Positions 9,482-18,820 of a stretch of 61,666 bases of DNA are shown piece by piece. The first letter of the stretch is position 1. Each line of letters starts with the position of its first letter. The notes under the pieces are model-generated. The model had not been told where the DNA came from. It ran no database searches and worked only from the letters and a program-made list of their open reading frames with translations. The stretch is from a virus, in the IMG/VR virus record IMGVR_UViG_3300025133_000106. One strand, given 5' to 3'. A program made the translations under genes and the position numbers.

Positions 9482-11272
9482 ATGCAATATGATTCTCCCA
9501 TAGCATTCTTTTTAGGTAAAGATGCTGATAAGCAAACACACAAAAGAATTAGAGATAAAGGCTTCAAAATTGTAGAGGGCACTTACGATGTCTTGGTTTA
9601 TCACCCTCTTCACTGGACAGTTAAATCACAAAATTCACTTGAAGAATCAATCAATGATAGAAGGTTTCTACCTCCCCATGGGCTACTTGAAGTGGGTGTT
9701 GATTTTCCCTATAGTCACGCAATAATTCCTGAAAGTGTGGAAGCGAAATTATTGCTTCGTTATTTATTTGGTTTATCTGAGGGCCAAACATACAGTGATT
9801 TGTTTAAAACACAAAATATCACCGAAGCAAAAGGCACAACAAGAAGAAGCTTCTTAAAGTCCATGGCTGCAGCCATGGGCACTGCAGCGACAGCAAATCC
9901 AGCAAAATTGGCAGGTGTAGCTAAGACTGCGATGACGCCTGCGGCAACAACGATAACAAGTCCAGGCGCTAGGGCTCTTTCATTCTTTGTAGCAAATGAA
10001 CTTGGTTATGCTTGGTCGAAAGCTGAGGTGTACAATCGCTGGGCCAAAATGAAAAAGCACATTGGTGTATTGGATCCTAAGATGAGAAAAGCAGAGGTTG
10101 CTAAACTGGAAAATGCTCTAAATGACACTATGAAGAGTTTTCCTGAAGGTGGTATTGAGGGATTACATAGTGATGAAGTGTTGGATGCCTTCGATGCCAA
10201 TATGGAGTTATTCGACAATTTATCAGGCTTTGGCACCCCTGCGTGGACTGATCAGGCGGCAAAAATATCTGATGACGCAAATCGGGAATGGTACAAAGAA
10301 GAATTTCCAGAAGATTTTGAAAAAGAAACTGAGCGTAATGATCAACAAGCTGATAAAGCTACCGACAATCATCACAGCACAGATCCAGGTGACGAAGACA
10401 TCACAGACACACCCTGGAGTGCGACAAGAATGGGCGACAGAAAGCAATGGAAAGGTGAAGATGATTTCATTGATGAAGCCAAGGGCACGACAAGAAGAAG
10501 CTTCTTGAAAAGTATGGCTGCAGCCATGGGCACTGCAGCGACAGCAAATCCAGCAAAATTGGCAGGTGTAGCAAAGGCAGCAATGAAACCAGCTTCGGTT
10601 GCTATAACAAGCCCAGGTGCTAAAGCACTTGCGTCGACAATCGCAGGAGAGCTTATATATGCTGCTTCAAAAGCTGCCTTATATGATCGCTTCAAAAAAT
10701 CAAAAGAAATTGCTTTTAAGCTTGACCCTACGATGAAAAAAGCAGAGATTTCTAAATTAGAGAATATTCTCGCTGATGCTACAAAAGACTTCGCCAACGG
10801 CCCAAATGGCATGAATTACGGTAGCATGAGTGATACAGCAGCAGACGCTCTTGAGTTGAAATCTGCAGCATTCGAAAAATTAGCAGGTCACGGAACCGGT
10901 GGATGGGATGAAGCAACAAGACAAATAAGCAGTGATGTTGACCATACATGGCATCGAGCTGAGTTTCCTGAATTATATAAGGACGTTCCTGAGGAATTAC
11001 GGCCTGTGGAGGATGATGAGTATGATGATAGTTTCCAACCACCAGATGATGACAATTATATATCCAACGTAGACCCAGGTGACGAAGACCTCATTAGCAC
11101 TCCCTGGAGTGCAACAAGAATGGGCGACAGAAAGCAATGGAAAGGTGAAGATGATTTCATTGATGAAGCAAAACAGTTCAGGATTGCGATCCCGTCTGTT
11201 CGTCATTTAAAGAAGGCATGGCCAAATGATAGAAAGGGCTGGACATCAGAGATTGATAAGGTATTAAAATGA
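9482..11272 (+). CDS. repeat protein with two internal Tat-signal-like modules
   Basis: Two ~217-aa tandem modules, each starting GTTRRSFLKSMAAAMGTAATANPAKLAGVAK and ending TPWSATRMGDRKQWKGEDDFIDEAK. Confidence 0.6.
   Translation: MQYDSPIAFFLGKDADKQTHKRIRDKGFKIVEGTYDVLVYHPLHWTVKSQNSLEESINDRRFLPPHGLLEVGVDFPYSHAIIPESVEAKLLLRYLFGLSEGQTYSDLFKTQNITEAKGTTRRSFLKSMAAAMGTAATANPAKLAGVAKTAMTPAATTITSPGARALSFFVANELGYAWSKAEVYNRWAKMKKHIGVLDPKMRKAEVAKLENALNDTMKSFPEGGIEGLHSDEVLDAFDANMELFDNLSGFGTPAWTDQAAKISDDANREWYKEEFPEDFEKETERNDQQADKATDNHHSTDPGDEDITDTPWSATRMGDRKQWKGEDDFIDEAKGTTRRSFLKSMAAAMGTAATANPAKLAGVAKAAMKPASVAITSPGAKALASTIAGELIYAASKAALYDRFKKSKEIAFKLDPTMKKAEISKLENILADATKDFANGPNGMNYGSMSDTAADALELKSAAFEKLAGHGTGGWDEATRQISSDVDHTWHRAEFPELYKDVPEELRPVEDDEYDDSFQPPDDDNYISNVDPGDEDLISTPWSATRMGDRKQWKGEDDFIDEAKQFRIAIPSVRHLKKAWPNDRKGWTSEIDKVLK
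9824..11172 (+). repeat. intragenic tandem duplication (~651-bp unit x2)
   Basis: Near-identical DNA at ~9824 and ~10475 (gaagc(a/c)aa(a/g)ggcac(a/g)acaagaagaagcttctt...ggctgcagccatgggcactgcagcgacagcaaatccagcaaaattggcaggtgtagc). Confidence 0.85.
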
Positions 11273-11850
11273 CATACGGGTTTATATATTCTAAGCTTTT
11301 GCCTGATGGTTCAAAAGAAAGAGCAAAAACACATAACATTTCTTTTTCTTCACTTGACGAAAAATTCGAATTCCTACAAGAATGTTCAGCAAAAGGCATT
11401 TTAACAGGCGTCCCAGCATGCGAGCTATTAGAACATGCCGGAAAGAAAAATATAATGTGGGTTGATATTGACACGCCTAATTATAAAGCTTTTAAATTAT
11501 GGGAGCAATCAGAAGCATTTCCTATTACTGGCGGCAGCTATGCTGCGATAAAGTCAGCCACAGGAAATATACATATGTACGTTTCTACTGATAGAAAACT
11601 ATCTGTTGATGAATGTTTTTCTATGGGCGAGTTAATTAGAGAAAGTGCACCGATGTCAATTCGCCCTTTTATTGATAGAATTTATGGCCCAGATAATTTA
11701 GAGCCTATCTTTATACCGGGGACCGCACAGAAACTAAATATTTTACCTCAATCATTACTAGAGAACATCCACGGAATTTATACTATCCCAAGCACAATAG
11801 AGGGAAGTGAATTTAGAGAATGGCAGAAACGTACGAATTATAAACTTTAA
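11269..11850 (+). CDS. hypothetical protein
   Basis: 193-aa ORF with 4-nt overlap. Confidence 0.5.
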   Translation: MTYGFIYSKLLPDGSKERAKTHNISFSSLDEKFEFLQECSAKGILTGVPACELLEHAGKKNIMWVDIDTPNYKAFKLWEQSEAFPITGGSYAAIKSATGNIHMYVSTDRKLSVDECFSMGELIRESAPMSIRPFIDRIYGPDNLEPIFIPGTAQKLNILPQSLLENIHGIYTIPSTIEGSEFREWQKRTNYKL

Positions 11851-11907
11851 TGACATAGCCATAATTTTGGCTTTACTTTTCTTACTACAATAATTAAGAT
11901 TAGGACT

Positions 11908-12186
11908 ATGACAAAATTAACTGAAGAAGACGCCATCAGAGCTATACGTGAAGGCTGGAATAAGAAGGCAGCTAACCTTGAACGTGGCCTTTTTGAGTTC
12001 CTAAAACATGACCCGTCTGAGCGAAAAGGTTTAATCGGCGTTGACACGAAGGTAAGACATAAGGGTTCGCAACTTCTCTATACTGTCGACTCTATCAAAC
12101 CTGACTCAATTATCCTTAGAACACCAGAGAATAAATTATTCCCAGTAAGTGACAAAGATTTTGAAGAAGACTACGAGCTAGACTAA
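11908..12186 (+). CDS. hypothetical protein
   Basis: 92-aa ORF. Confidence 0.45.
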   Translation: MTKLTEEDAIRAIREGWNKKAANLERGLFEFLKHDPSERKGLIGVDTKVRHKGSQLLYTVDSIKPDSIILRTPENKLFPVSDKDFEEDYELD

Positions 12187-12195
12187 GGATAACAG

Positions 12196-12876
12196 ATGGT
12201 AACAAGAAAAGATATATTAGCAGGCATTAAAAAAGACCTAAAGATTGATAAGCCTTTAAGTGAATCGTATGTCGCGTCAGAAAAGTCATATGATCTAAAT
12301 ACAGAGTTGCTAAGCGCAAAAACTAAGCAGACGCATATTAAGTTATATAAAGAGCGGATACAGGCTTTAAATGAAGTTAGTGCTGAACTTGACACTGCTG
12401 ATAGAGAAGCTGCCAACCATAACATGTCTGAGTTTCGAACGTTAAAAGCACTAGAAATGAGACATAGAAATTCTGTTATGCTGCATGAAATGTATTTCTC
12501 TAACATAAGTGACATTAGAAGTGAAATTTCATACGATTCAATCACATACATGAAGCTGGCAGCTAGTTTCGGCACATTCGATGATTGGCAGTGGGACTTT
12601 ATGGCATGCGCTGCCTCAGCAGACGAAGGTTGGGCAGTAACAGTTTATGATACATTTCTTAGGAGATACATCAATGTTATGATTGATGGTGATAGTAAAC
12701 ATATTCCCGTAGGGTGCTTTCCGATCGTAGTATTAGATGTTTGGGCACATTCATATTACAAAGACTATCTCGACAACAAGAACGGTTATATAGAGAACAT
12801 GATGCGTGAATTAAGGTGGGATGTTATTGAAGAGCGCGTCCAACGCGCTGAAATGATAGCACAGGTAGTTAAATAA
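12196..12876 (+). CDS. Fe/Mn superoxide dismutase-like protein
   Basis: C-terminal DVWAHSYY (SOD signature DVWEHAYY) and LHEMYFSNI resembling NHSLFWKNL; overall two-domain layout. Confidence 0.5.
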   Translation: MVTRKDILAGIKKDLKIDKPLSESYVASEKSYDLNTELLSAKTKQTHIKLYKERIQALNEVSAELDTADREAANHNMSEFRTLKALEMRHRNSVMLHEMYFSNISDIRSEISYDSITYMKLAASFGTFDDWQWDFMACAASADEGWAVTVYDTFLRRYINVMIDGDSKHIPVGCFPIVVLDVWAHSYYKDYLDNKNGYIENMMRELRWDVIEERVQRAEMIAQVVK

Positions 12877-13514
12877 TGAACAAAATCACTATTTTAAGAA
12901 AGCTTATTTTTGAAACTTTATTGAATGAAGAGATTCGGTTGTCAAAAGATTCACTTGATGATCAGGTTGACGCAATTTTGCTTAGATTCGAAACTGATTG
13001 CATCGATCAAGAATCTGGGGGCAGCGAAGAGCTTGGTGATGATGAAACAATGAGTTTTGCAGAATCTATCTTACGTGAAGCTCCTGGTGATAAAGATGAG
13101 GAAGAGGATGATGATGAGTTTGCAAAAGAGGAAGAGCCTGTAGATCCCGAAGAAGCTCCAGCTGACGCAACGGACGAGCCAGAGGAAGAGGAAGAACCAG
13201 ACTTAACAACGGATGACGACTTCTCAGTTGAAGAAGATTCCGATCCACTCCAGCCAGCAATAGATCTTCATAAATTCGCGGGTAAAGTGTCTCGTCTTGC
13301 TACGAATTATCATAGTCTACTAGATATGCCTATAGCTATTGCGAATAGGGCTCGTAATTATTTAGAGCAAAACTACAGTCACACAGTCGCAACTGAGTTT
13401 GAAGAAATCTTGGAAAGAGAGTTTGATATAATTTTAGATCGCGAATCACTTGAAGAACCACGAGAGAAACCAATGGCTGTCGGCGCTGGTGCATCAGGTA
13501 TCGGGGGAGTATAA
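12876..13514 (+). CDS. highly acidic protein (Asp/Glu-rich)
   Basis: Long D/E tracts, e.g. DKDEEEDDDEFAKEEEPVDPEEAPADATDEPEEEEEPD. Confidence 0.55.
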   Translation: MNKITILRKLIFETLLNEEIRLSKDSLDDQVDAILLRFETDCIDQESGGSEELGDDETMSFAESILREAPGDKDEEEDDDEFAKEEEPVDPEEAPADATDEPEEEEEPDLTTDDDFSVEEDSDPLQPAIDLHKFAGKVSRLATNYHSLLDMPIAIANRARNYLEQNYSHTVATEFEEILEREFDIILDRESLEEPREKPMAVGAGASGIGGV

Positions 13515-13798
13515 TGTCACGCCGCCCATCAGAAATCGACATCAGAAAAGGCATCCATATTAAGCTTTTACCTCAAACTCATGCCGAATTTCGTGTTTTA
13601 TGCTTTAGAAAGGGCCTGTCTATGCAGGAAGTATTGGAAGAACTATCAGCGCTATGTATCCAGGAAAACCCGAAAATGATTAAAATTTTGGATAACCTTG
13701 CGGAAAGAAAGCGCGAAAAAACTCCAGTAAAATTAACAACAACTGACGCTGAATCTCTGTTTAATGAGATAGAAAGAGAGAGCCCATTTAATGATTAG
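13514..13798 (+). CDS. hypothetical protein
   Basis: 94-aa ORF, ATGA-type overlap. Confidence 0.45.
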   Translation: MSRRPSEIDIRKGIHIKLLPQTHAEFRVLCFRKGLSMQEVLEELSALCIQENPKMIKILDNLAERKREKTPVKLTTTDAESLFNEIERESPFND

Positions 13799-13813
13799 GC
13801 TTGAGGAAGTATT

Positions 13814-14152
13814 ATGTTAGAAATAGGTGCCTTAGGCACATTAACGACGATCCTGCTGGTAATAGCGATATCAGGCGTCGTAAGTTGGGGAGTTACGCAA
13901 GTAATACGTGGTGCGCTAGTTTCTCGTAAAGATGCTATTAAAGAAAAGTCAGGTAAGTCACCCTGGTGGTGGTCTATCGTTCTTAGAGGTGGCGCTATCG
14001 TTATTGGCGGAGGCATGGGTTTTTTACTTGTAAGTACGCCAGTAGGCGCAGGTCTGGGGCTTATGGGGGGTGTGTTAAACACTACAATTATCACACTCGT
14101 AAAGATGAAGATAAAAGCTGTTGCTGCAAAAGCTATTGATACGAAAAAATAA
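13814..14152 (+). CDS. small membrane protein (2 TM; holin-like topology)
   Basis: Two hydrophobic segments, Gly-rich second TM, Lys-rich C-terminus. Confidence 0.45.
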   Translation: MLEIGALGTLTTILLVIAISGVVSWGVTQVIRGALVSRKDAIKEKSGKSPWWWSIVLRGGAIVIGGGMGFLLVSTPVGAGLGLMGGVLNTTIITLVKMKIKAVAAKAIDTKK

Positions 14153-14548
14153 ATGTTAGCACTAAAAAAAGCATTTAGTTGGTTCAAGCATTATTGGTTG
14201 ATTCCTATCTCCGGGCTTCTTATTTTTATGTTTTTTATGTTAAAAAAGCAAAATGGCCCAAATTTAAAATCAGCTATAAAAACTGCAAAAAATGCCCATG
14301 AAAAAGAACTAAAAGTTATCAACTCAGCTCACGAAAAAGAGCTTCAAGATCGTGCAACCGCATTTAAGCAATTTCAAGCAACCACACGCAAAGTTGAAGA
14401 AGCATACAAGAATGATAATAAGCTCTACGATAAGAAGAAGAGAAAGCTGGTTAATAATATTATTAAGAAATTTAAAGACAACCCTGAGGCTTTGGCTTCT
14501 GAGTTGGAAAATGAAACTGGGTATGATATTACGATAGTAAATGAATAA
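14153..14548 (+). CDS. membrane-anchored protein with KELxxxNSAHEKEL repeats
   Basis: N-terminal TM WLIPISGLLIFMFFML, then a charged helical region. Confidence 0.5.
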   Translation: MLALKKAFSWFKHYWLIPISGLLIFMFFMLKKQNGPNLKSAIKTAKNAHEKELKVINSAHEKELQDRATAFKQFQATTRKVEEAYKNDNKLYDKKKRKLVNNIIKKFKDNPEALASELENETGYDITIVNE

Positions 14549-14984
14549 AGCAACGCAAAAATTTGTTATAGCTTTACTGCTTCTTAGCTCTGCGCCATCA
14601 TTAGCACAAGATACTTCAAAACCTCGAGTTGCGATCATAAAAGAAGGTGCCATCGCTCCATTTGATGGTGTGCTATACGACAATAGGGCATTCGCTGAGG
14701 AACGAGCAAAATCTTTGCTCTTAAATGACAAAGCAGCAAGCGAATTAAGATTAGCCCTAGGACTTCAGGGAGCTAAATTAAAGTACGCTACAGCTACTAC
14801 AGCTGCTGCATATGACAGTTTATCTTTATCGTCTGCAGAGAGACTTAAGATTAAGGACAAGTACATCGAGATGCTTGAAGATAAGTTAAACACGCAAAAT
14901 ATATGGTGGGAAAATGTTTTGTGGTATGCACTTGGAGCAGGAAGCATTCTTGGTGGTGCATATGCATTATCAAAAATAAACTGA
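14541..14984 (+). CDS. secreted/membrane protein (signal peptide + C-terminal TM)
   Basis: Signal peptide ending SLAQD; C-terminal WYALGAGSILGGAYAL. Confidence 0.5.
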   Translation: MNKATQKFVIALLLLSSAPSLAQDTSKPRVAIIKEGAIAPFDGVLYDNRAFAEERAKSLLLNDKAASELRLALGLQGAKLKYATATTAAAYDSLSLSSAERLKIKDKYIEMLEDKLNTQNIWWENVLWYALGAGSILGGAYALSKIN

Positions 14985-15066
14985 GTTAAATAAGGAAAAT
15001 AACTGTTTTTATTTTTATAATATTGTGTTATTATTTTTTAGGAAATTTAATCCTTTAAAGGAAATA

Positions 15067-15636
15067 ATGAGCATGACTACATCACTTAATACCGAAGCAT
15101 TAGACGCATTACCAACACTCGCAACATATGAAGACATTGCAAATGAGTTAGCTCCCGAAGGTCAAACTGGCTCGCCATCTTCTGGACGCCTCGCAGTAGC
15201 CCGAGCCTGGGACAAGCTTGTGATGATTACATCATTATGTACACCAGAAGAATGCGATGAGCTTATTGCAGAAGCAGCTTCTGCATTCGAAGAAAAGCAT
15301 GGTGAGCGTCTTTGTGATAAATCACTTCAAACGTTAAACCGCAAAGACTTGCTTAATGTAGTATCGCATGCTATCGAAGAGTATAAAGAGATTATACTCG
15401 GCACAAGAACGTTGTCGCATGATGAAGTAGCATTTTTAACGGAACATAAAGACGTCCCAGCGGCAATCGTGCAATCGCCGAAATTCCAGCACTATCTTCT
15501 AACTTTTTGGGACGAAGCAAAAACCAAACCACAAGGGTGGCTTCTCTTTGACAGATTCCGTGCCGAGCTTCGAAACCCATGGAACAAAAAAAGACGTGAG
15601 CTAACAAAAAGCGGAAAGTACACGGGACAATTTTAA
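15067..15636 (+). CDS. hypothetical protein
   Basis: ORF; start chosen at ATG preceded by aagga. Confidence 0.5.
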   Translation: MSMTTSLNTEALDALPTLATYEDIANELAPEGQTGSPSSGRLAVARAWDKLVMITSLCTPEECDELIAEAASAFEEKHGERLCDKSLQTLNRKDLLNVVSHAIEEYKEIILGTRTLSHDEVAFLTEHKDVPAAIVQSPKFQHYLLTFWDEAKTKPQGWLLFDRFRAELRNPWNKKRRELTKSGKYTGQF

Positions 15637-15637
15637 G

Positions 15638-16054
15638 ATGAACATTTTTACGTGCGAGTCTTTTAAAGACATATGCGGTTCTGGTTGGAGGAAAAAAATT
15701 GATGCCGCGGAGACTTGTATTTCTGATCAAAATGCTGCTAAGGAAGAAACTGGTGACTATCCTGATGTAGAGGCTTATATTGCGGCGAAAGAGCTATTGG
15801 CTGTCATTGGCTATAGACGAGATCTGTCAAGTAAACTAAACAAACTGGAATATGCTGTTCGTAGCCTTGACTATAAAGTGTTAGGAGCTTCTGGCGTGCC
15901 ACTATCATCTTCTTCGCCAATTTTCTTTACGCAGTTCTCAGATGCGAGAGAAGAGTGTAAACATATCACGGGAATAAGCGAAGTATTATCAAATCTAGTT
16001 AGAGATGTTATCAAAGTGCATATGCTACCTGATGATTTTTTTGATGATATATAG
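15638..16054 (+). CDS. hypothetical protein
   Basis: 138-aa ORF. Confidence 0.5.
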   Translation: MNIFTCESFKDICGSGWRKKIDAAETCISDQNAAKEETGDYPDVEAYIAAKELLAVIGYRRDLSSKLNKLEYAVRSLDYKVLGASGVPLSSSSPIFFTQFSDAREECKHITGISEVLSNLVRDVIKVHMLPDDFFDDI

Positions 16055-16246
16055 AAGCGTTAACCAGGGTGCATATCATGCCTAGAAATATTATCCATAG
16101 AACCTATCATATATACTAATATAGTATATAAGATGTGAACCCAGGAAAACTGGCTGTTAACAAGAACCTCTAAGTCAATTAAAAATAATTCACAACTTAT
16201 GGGTTTTTCGCTGAAGGGTTGGATAAATATTATAGAGGACTAAGAT

Positions 16247-16711
16247 ATGACTATTGATGAGCATTTTGACAAAGCTAGACAACATTTAAGCGACGCACGT
16301 ACGGAAGTCGGTAATATCCTTGATATATTACGTGATTATACATCAAATACAGATTATGGTGAGCCTGCTGCCGTCGCTTCGGCAATCGCAGCAGCAGAAT
16401 CAGCTTTAGATGGCATGGCACAAAAGTGGAGAGACTCTGCGGCATCCAAAAATGAAAGCCTGGATATCGATAATTTGAGGCTTGTTTTAAATGAGTCTTC
16501 TTCATTGGAAGATATGGATGAGGATGACGAAATTTTAGGTACCCCATTAAGATTAACTGAGAGTTGTCAGGTTGCATTTAATAAGCATATGGATAATATC
16601 CTTTCTGCAGATGAGGCCGCAAAAAAGAGACAAAGAGACTATGCAGCCAGATCAGCAAACAGGTCTGCTGATCGATATATGGATCATGCCTCTAATAGAA
16701 CACGGCACTAA
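16247..16711 (+). CDS. hypothetical protein
   Basis: 154-aa ORF. Confidence 0.5.
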   Translation: MTIDEHFDKARQHLSDARTEVGNILDILRDYTSNTDYGEPAAVASAIAAAESALDGMAQKWRDSAASKNESLDIDNLRLVLNESSSLEDMDEDDEILGTPLRLTESCQVAFNKHMDNILSADEAAKKRQRDYAARSANRSADRYMDHASNRTRH

Positions 16712-16712
16712 A

Positions 16713-17387
16713 ATGAAGCTGACTCCAGATCAAATACTAACGAGACACCTGCATGAGATAGTCAGAGTCTCTGTGGGCGATGCGATTCATGATCAAGAGA
16801 TGCAGGCTGAGAAGGATCGTGAAGGCCGCCGCCAAGATCAACTGCAAGCATCAATAGAAAGCTTACCACAAAAAGAAACTAAATCCCAAAATGAACACGA
16901 AGCTCAGAGTGAGGAAGTTCCTTCTCAAGAAAAAAGTGGTGAACAGTCGTCGCCCGATGTCCCGGAAGAAATAACGTTTGATGACATTCAGGATAAATTA
17001 AATATTGTCAGATCGGGTAAGTCACTTGATGACTCTAAAATTAAAGATGAAATGAAACAATATCTTGATGGCATGGAATCATCTGAGAGATTTGCTCTTT
17101 TTGGGTTTCTTGAGTCTATTGGGCATATAGTTGCTCATGAAGCTGATGGGAAGCGCGTAAAAGATCCAGATGATGAACCATATTCTGTAAAGATGCAGCG
17201 TGTTACGTCATTAGAGAAAGACAGAAAAGAGAAAGACAAACTTCATCAAGCTCGCCAAACAAACCAAGTGTCCAAAGATGCTGGCATGAGAAAGAAAGAG
17301 AAAGAAAATAGAGCACCACCAATCTCCGCTGGAAAAAGGGTCGGTGAAAGCGCTCAATTTCGAATGAAACAAATGCTCATATCTTAG
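16713..17387 (+). CDS. hypothetical charged protein
   Basis: Start moved to the ATG directly after the upstream stop (MKLTPDQ...). Confidence 0.5.
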   Translation: MKLTPDQILTRHLHEIVRVSVGDAIHDQEMQAEKDREGRRQDQLQASIESLPQKETKSQNEHEAQSEEVPSQEKSGEQSSPDVPEEITFDDIQDKLNIVRSGKSLDDSKIKDEMKQYLDGMESSERFALFGFLESIGHIVAHEADGKRVKDPDDEPYSVKMQRVTSLEKDRKEKDKLHQARQTNQVSKDAGMRKKEKENRAPPISAGKRVGESAQFRMKQMLIS

Positions 17388-17450
17388 TGTTATTTGAAAT
17401 TAAATGTAATATTATTATTTAACAAAAAATAATATGGTATAAAATTTATT

Positions 17451-17633
17451 ATGGCTTTTATATCATTCGAACTTCCTAACGGAAACGTTTTAGACATTGA
17501 ATATACAGAACAGATTCTAGTGAAGATTAGAGCTGCATATGATATTCCCTTAACAGATGCGGTCGACCCAAAACTTATTAGGCAATATTTTATTGATGAA
17601 GTTCGACTAGCAGTAGAGAGAGAGCATAGCTAA
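17451..17633 (+). CDS. hypothetical small protein
   Basis: 60-aa ORF. Confidence 0.35.
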   Translation: MAFISFELPNGNVLDIEYTEQILVKIRAAYDIPLTDAVDPKLIRQYFIDEVRLAVEREHS

Positions 17634-17634
17634 T

Positions 17635-17904
17635 ATGGCAGGTCAAAAGAATTTTTTCGGTCGGAAACAACAGCGTCAAACGGATGCTGCTGAGCGTAAT
17701 GCAGAGCATAATGCGCTATCTCTAGAAGATCGTCTTCTAAAGCTTACGTTTACCCCAGGTGAAAGTGCCAAAGAAAAAGCACGCCTTGAAGCACAGATCA
17801 AGCGTCGCGACGCTGCACCCTCGCCTGCGCCTAAGGCAAAGAAAAATGCTCCAGCTAAGAGCGACAAGAAAGCTCTCAAGGCCCGAGCAAAAAAGCAGAA
17901 ATAA
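17635..17904 (+). CDS. small basic Lys/Ala-rich protein (histone-like tail)
   Basis: C-terminus APSPAPKAKKNAPAKSDKKALKARAKKQK. Confidence 0.5.
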   Translation: MAGQKNFFGRKQQRQTDAAERNAEHNALSLEDRLLKLTFTPGESAKEKARLEAQIKRRDAAPSPAPKAKKNAPAKSDKKALKARAKKQK

Positions 17905-17943
17905 TAACTTTATACACTCTTGCATAGATTGTTATAATGATCT

Positions 17944-18126
17944 ATGCAAGAAGAGTTTATAGAGTTACTAAATACAGTTACAGCACATGTTACATTGACT
18001 GAGCTCGCTGCAAGTGCCGCTGTAACTGTTGGCGAAGTTGTATCATGGATGCAGGGTACTAATCTGCCATCAGAGCAGATGATGAAGTATTTGATTCACT
18101 GGATGAAATTTAAGATTAAAGATTAG
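17944..18126 (+). CDS. hypothetical small protein
   Basis: 60-aa ORF. Confidence 0.3.
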   Translation: MQEEFIELLNTVTAHVTLTELAASAAVTVGEVVSWMQGTNLPSEQMMKYLIHWMKFKIKD

Positions 18127-18155
18127 CAGGATAATACTTATCTTTGGGATAGAGT

Positions 18156-18770
18156 ATGAAGCTAGAATTTGGAATTTTAAAAAAAATAATTAGTGAGCAA
18201 GTAATTTCTGAGCGTTCTCAAAACTATGCAGATGTTACTTTGTCTGATGGGACATCATCTGCGTATGGTTCTTCCGAACATGTTGAAGAGATGGAGTCTA
18301 TTCTTACTGGTTTACTAAGATTAAGAAATCAACAGAAGCTGGCAACTGCAGCAAGGTCAAATTATGCTAGATCATGCCAGCACCTTAAGGCTCAAATAAA
18401 AAAGTACCGACAGCCAGATACTGATGAACAGATTTCTGAAGCTTTAGGTGCATTAAAGATGCTTGATACTGCTTCTGCGAAGCTTGTTCTAAGTAAAGGA
18501 ATGAAAGTCGAAGAAGTTGTTACTGGGATTAGGATTATTAAGGGCATCTCGACTGTCATCCAAAATGGTGCTATTGAAAGAACAAAGGGGGGTCATAGAA
18601 TAATGCAGATTGTTATTACTTTTGATCCTGGCCATCTTCATAGGCTGGAATATGTTGATCTAGTAGCGAAATTAACAAAGAAAATGCACTCTGTTGAAAC
18701 CGTGGTGATCAATGCAATCAATGGTAAACCTGTTAAAGATGAAACTGGCAAAAGAAAATTAGTGTATTAA
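18156..18770 (+). CDS. hypothetical protein
   Basis: 204-aa ORF. Confidence 0.5.
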   Translation: MKLEFGILKKIISEQVISERSQNYADVTLSDGTSSAYGSSEHVEEMESILTGLLRLRNQQKLATAARSNYARSCQHLKAQIKKYRQPDTDEQISEALGALKMLDTASAKLVLSKGMKVEEVVTGIRIIKGISTVIQNGAIERTKGGHRIMQIVITFDPGHLHRLEYVDLVAKLTKKMHSVETVVINAINGKPVKDETGKRKLVY

Positions 18771-18801
18771 CAAGTAATATCTAATTACTTTAATCAATAT
18801 A

Positions 18802-18820
18802 ATTGTCCATAATGGACAAT
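18802..18820. promoter_or_regulatory. 19-bp perfect palindrome spanning a start codon
   Basis: attgtccat-a-atggacaat; the ATG of the 18812 gene lies in the right arm. Confidence 0.6.

Noticed and set aside
10372-10812. 146-aa minus-strand ORF inside the repeat-protein gene
   Set aside because: It lies entirely within the plus-strand 9482..11272 gene, on the antisense of the Ala-rich repeat. This is the typical frame-shadow ORF of an alanine-rich coding region.
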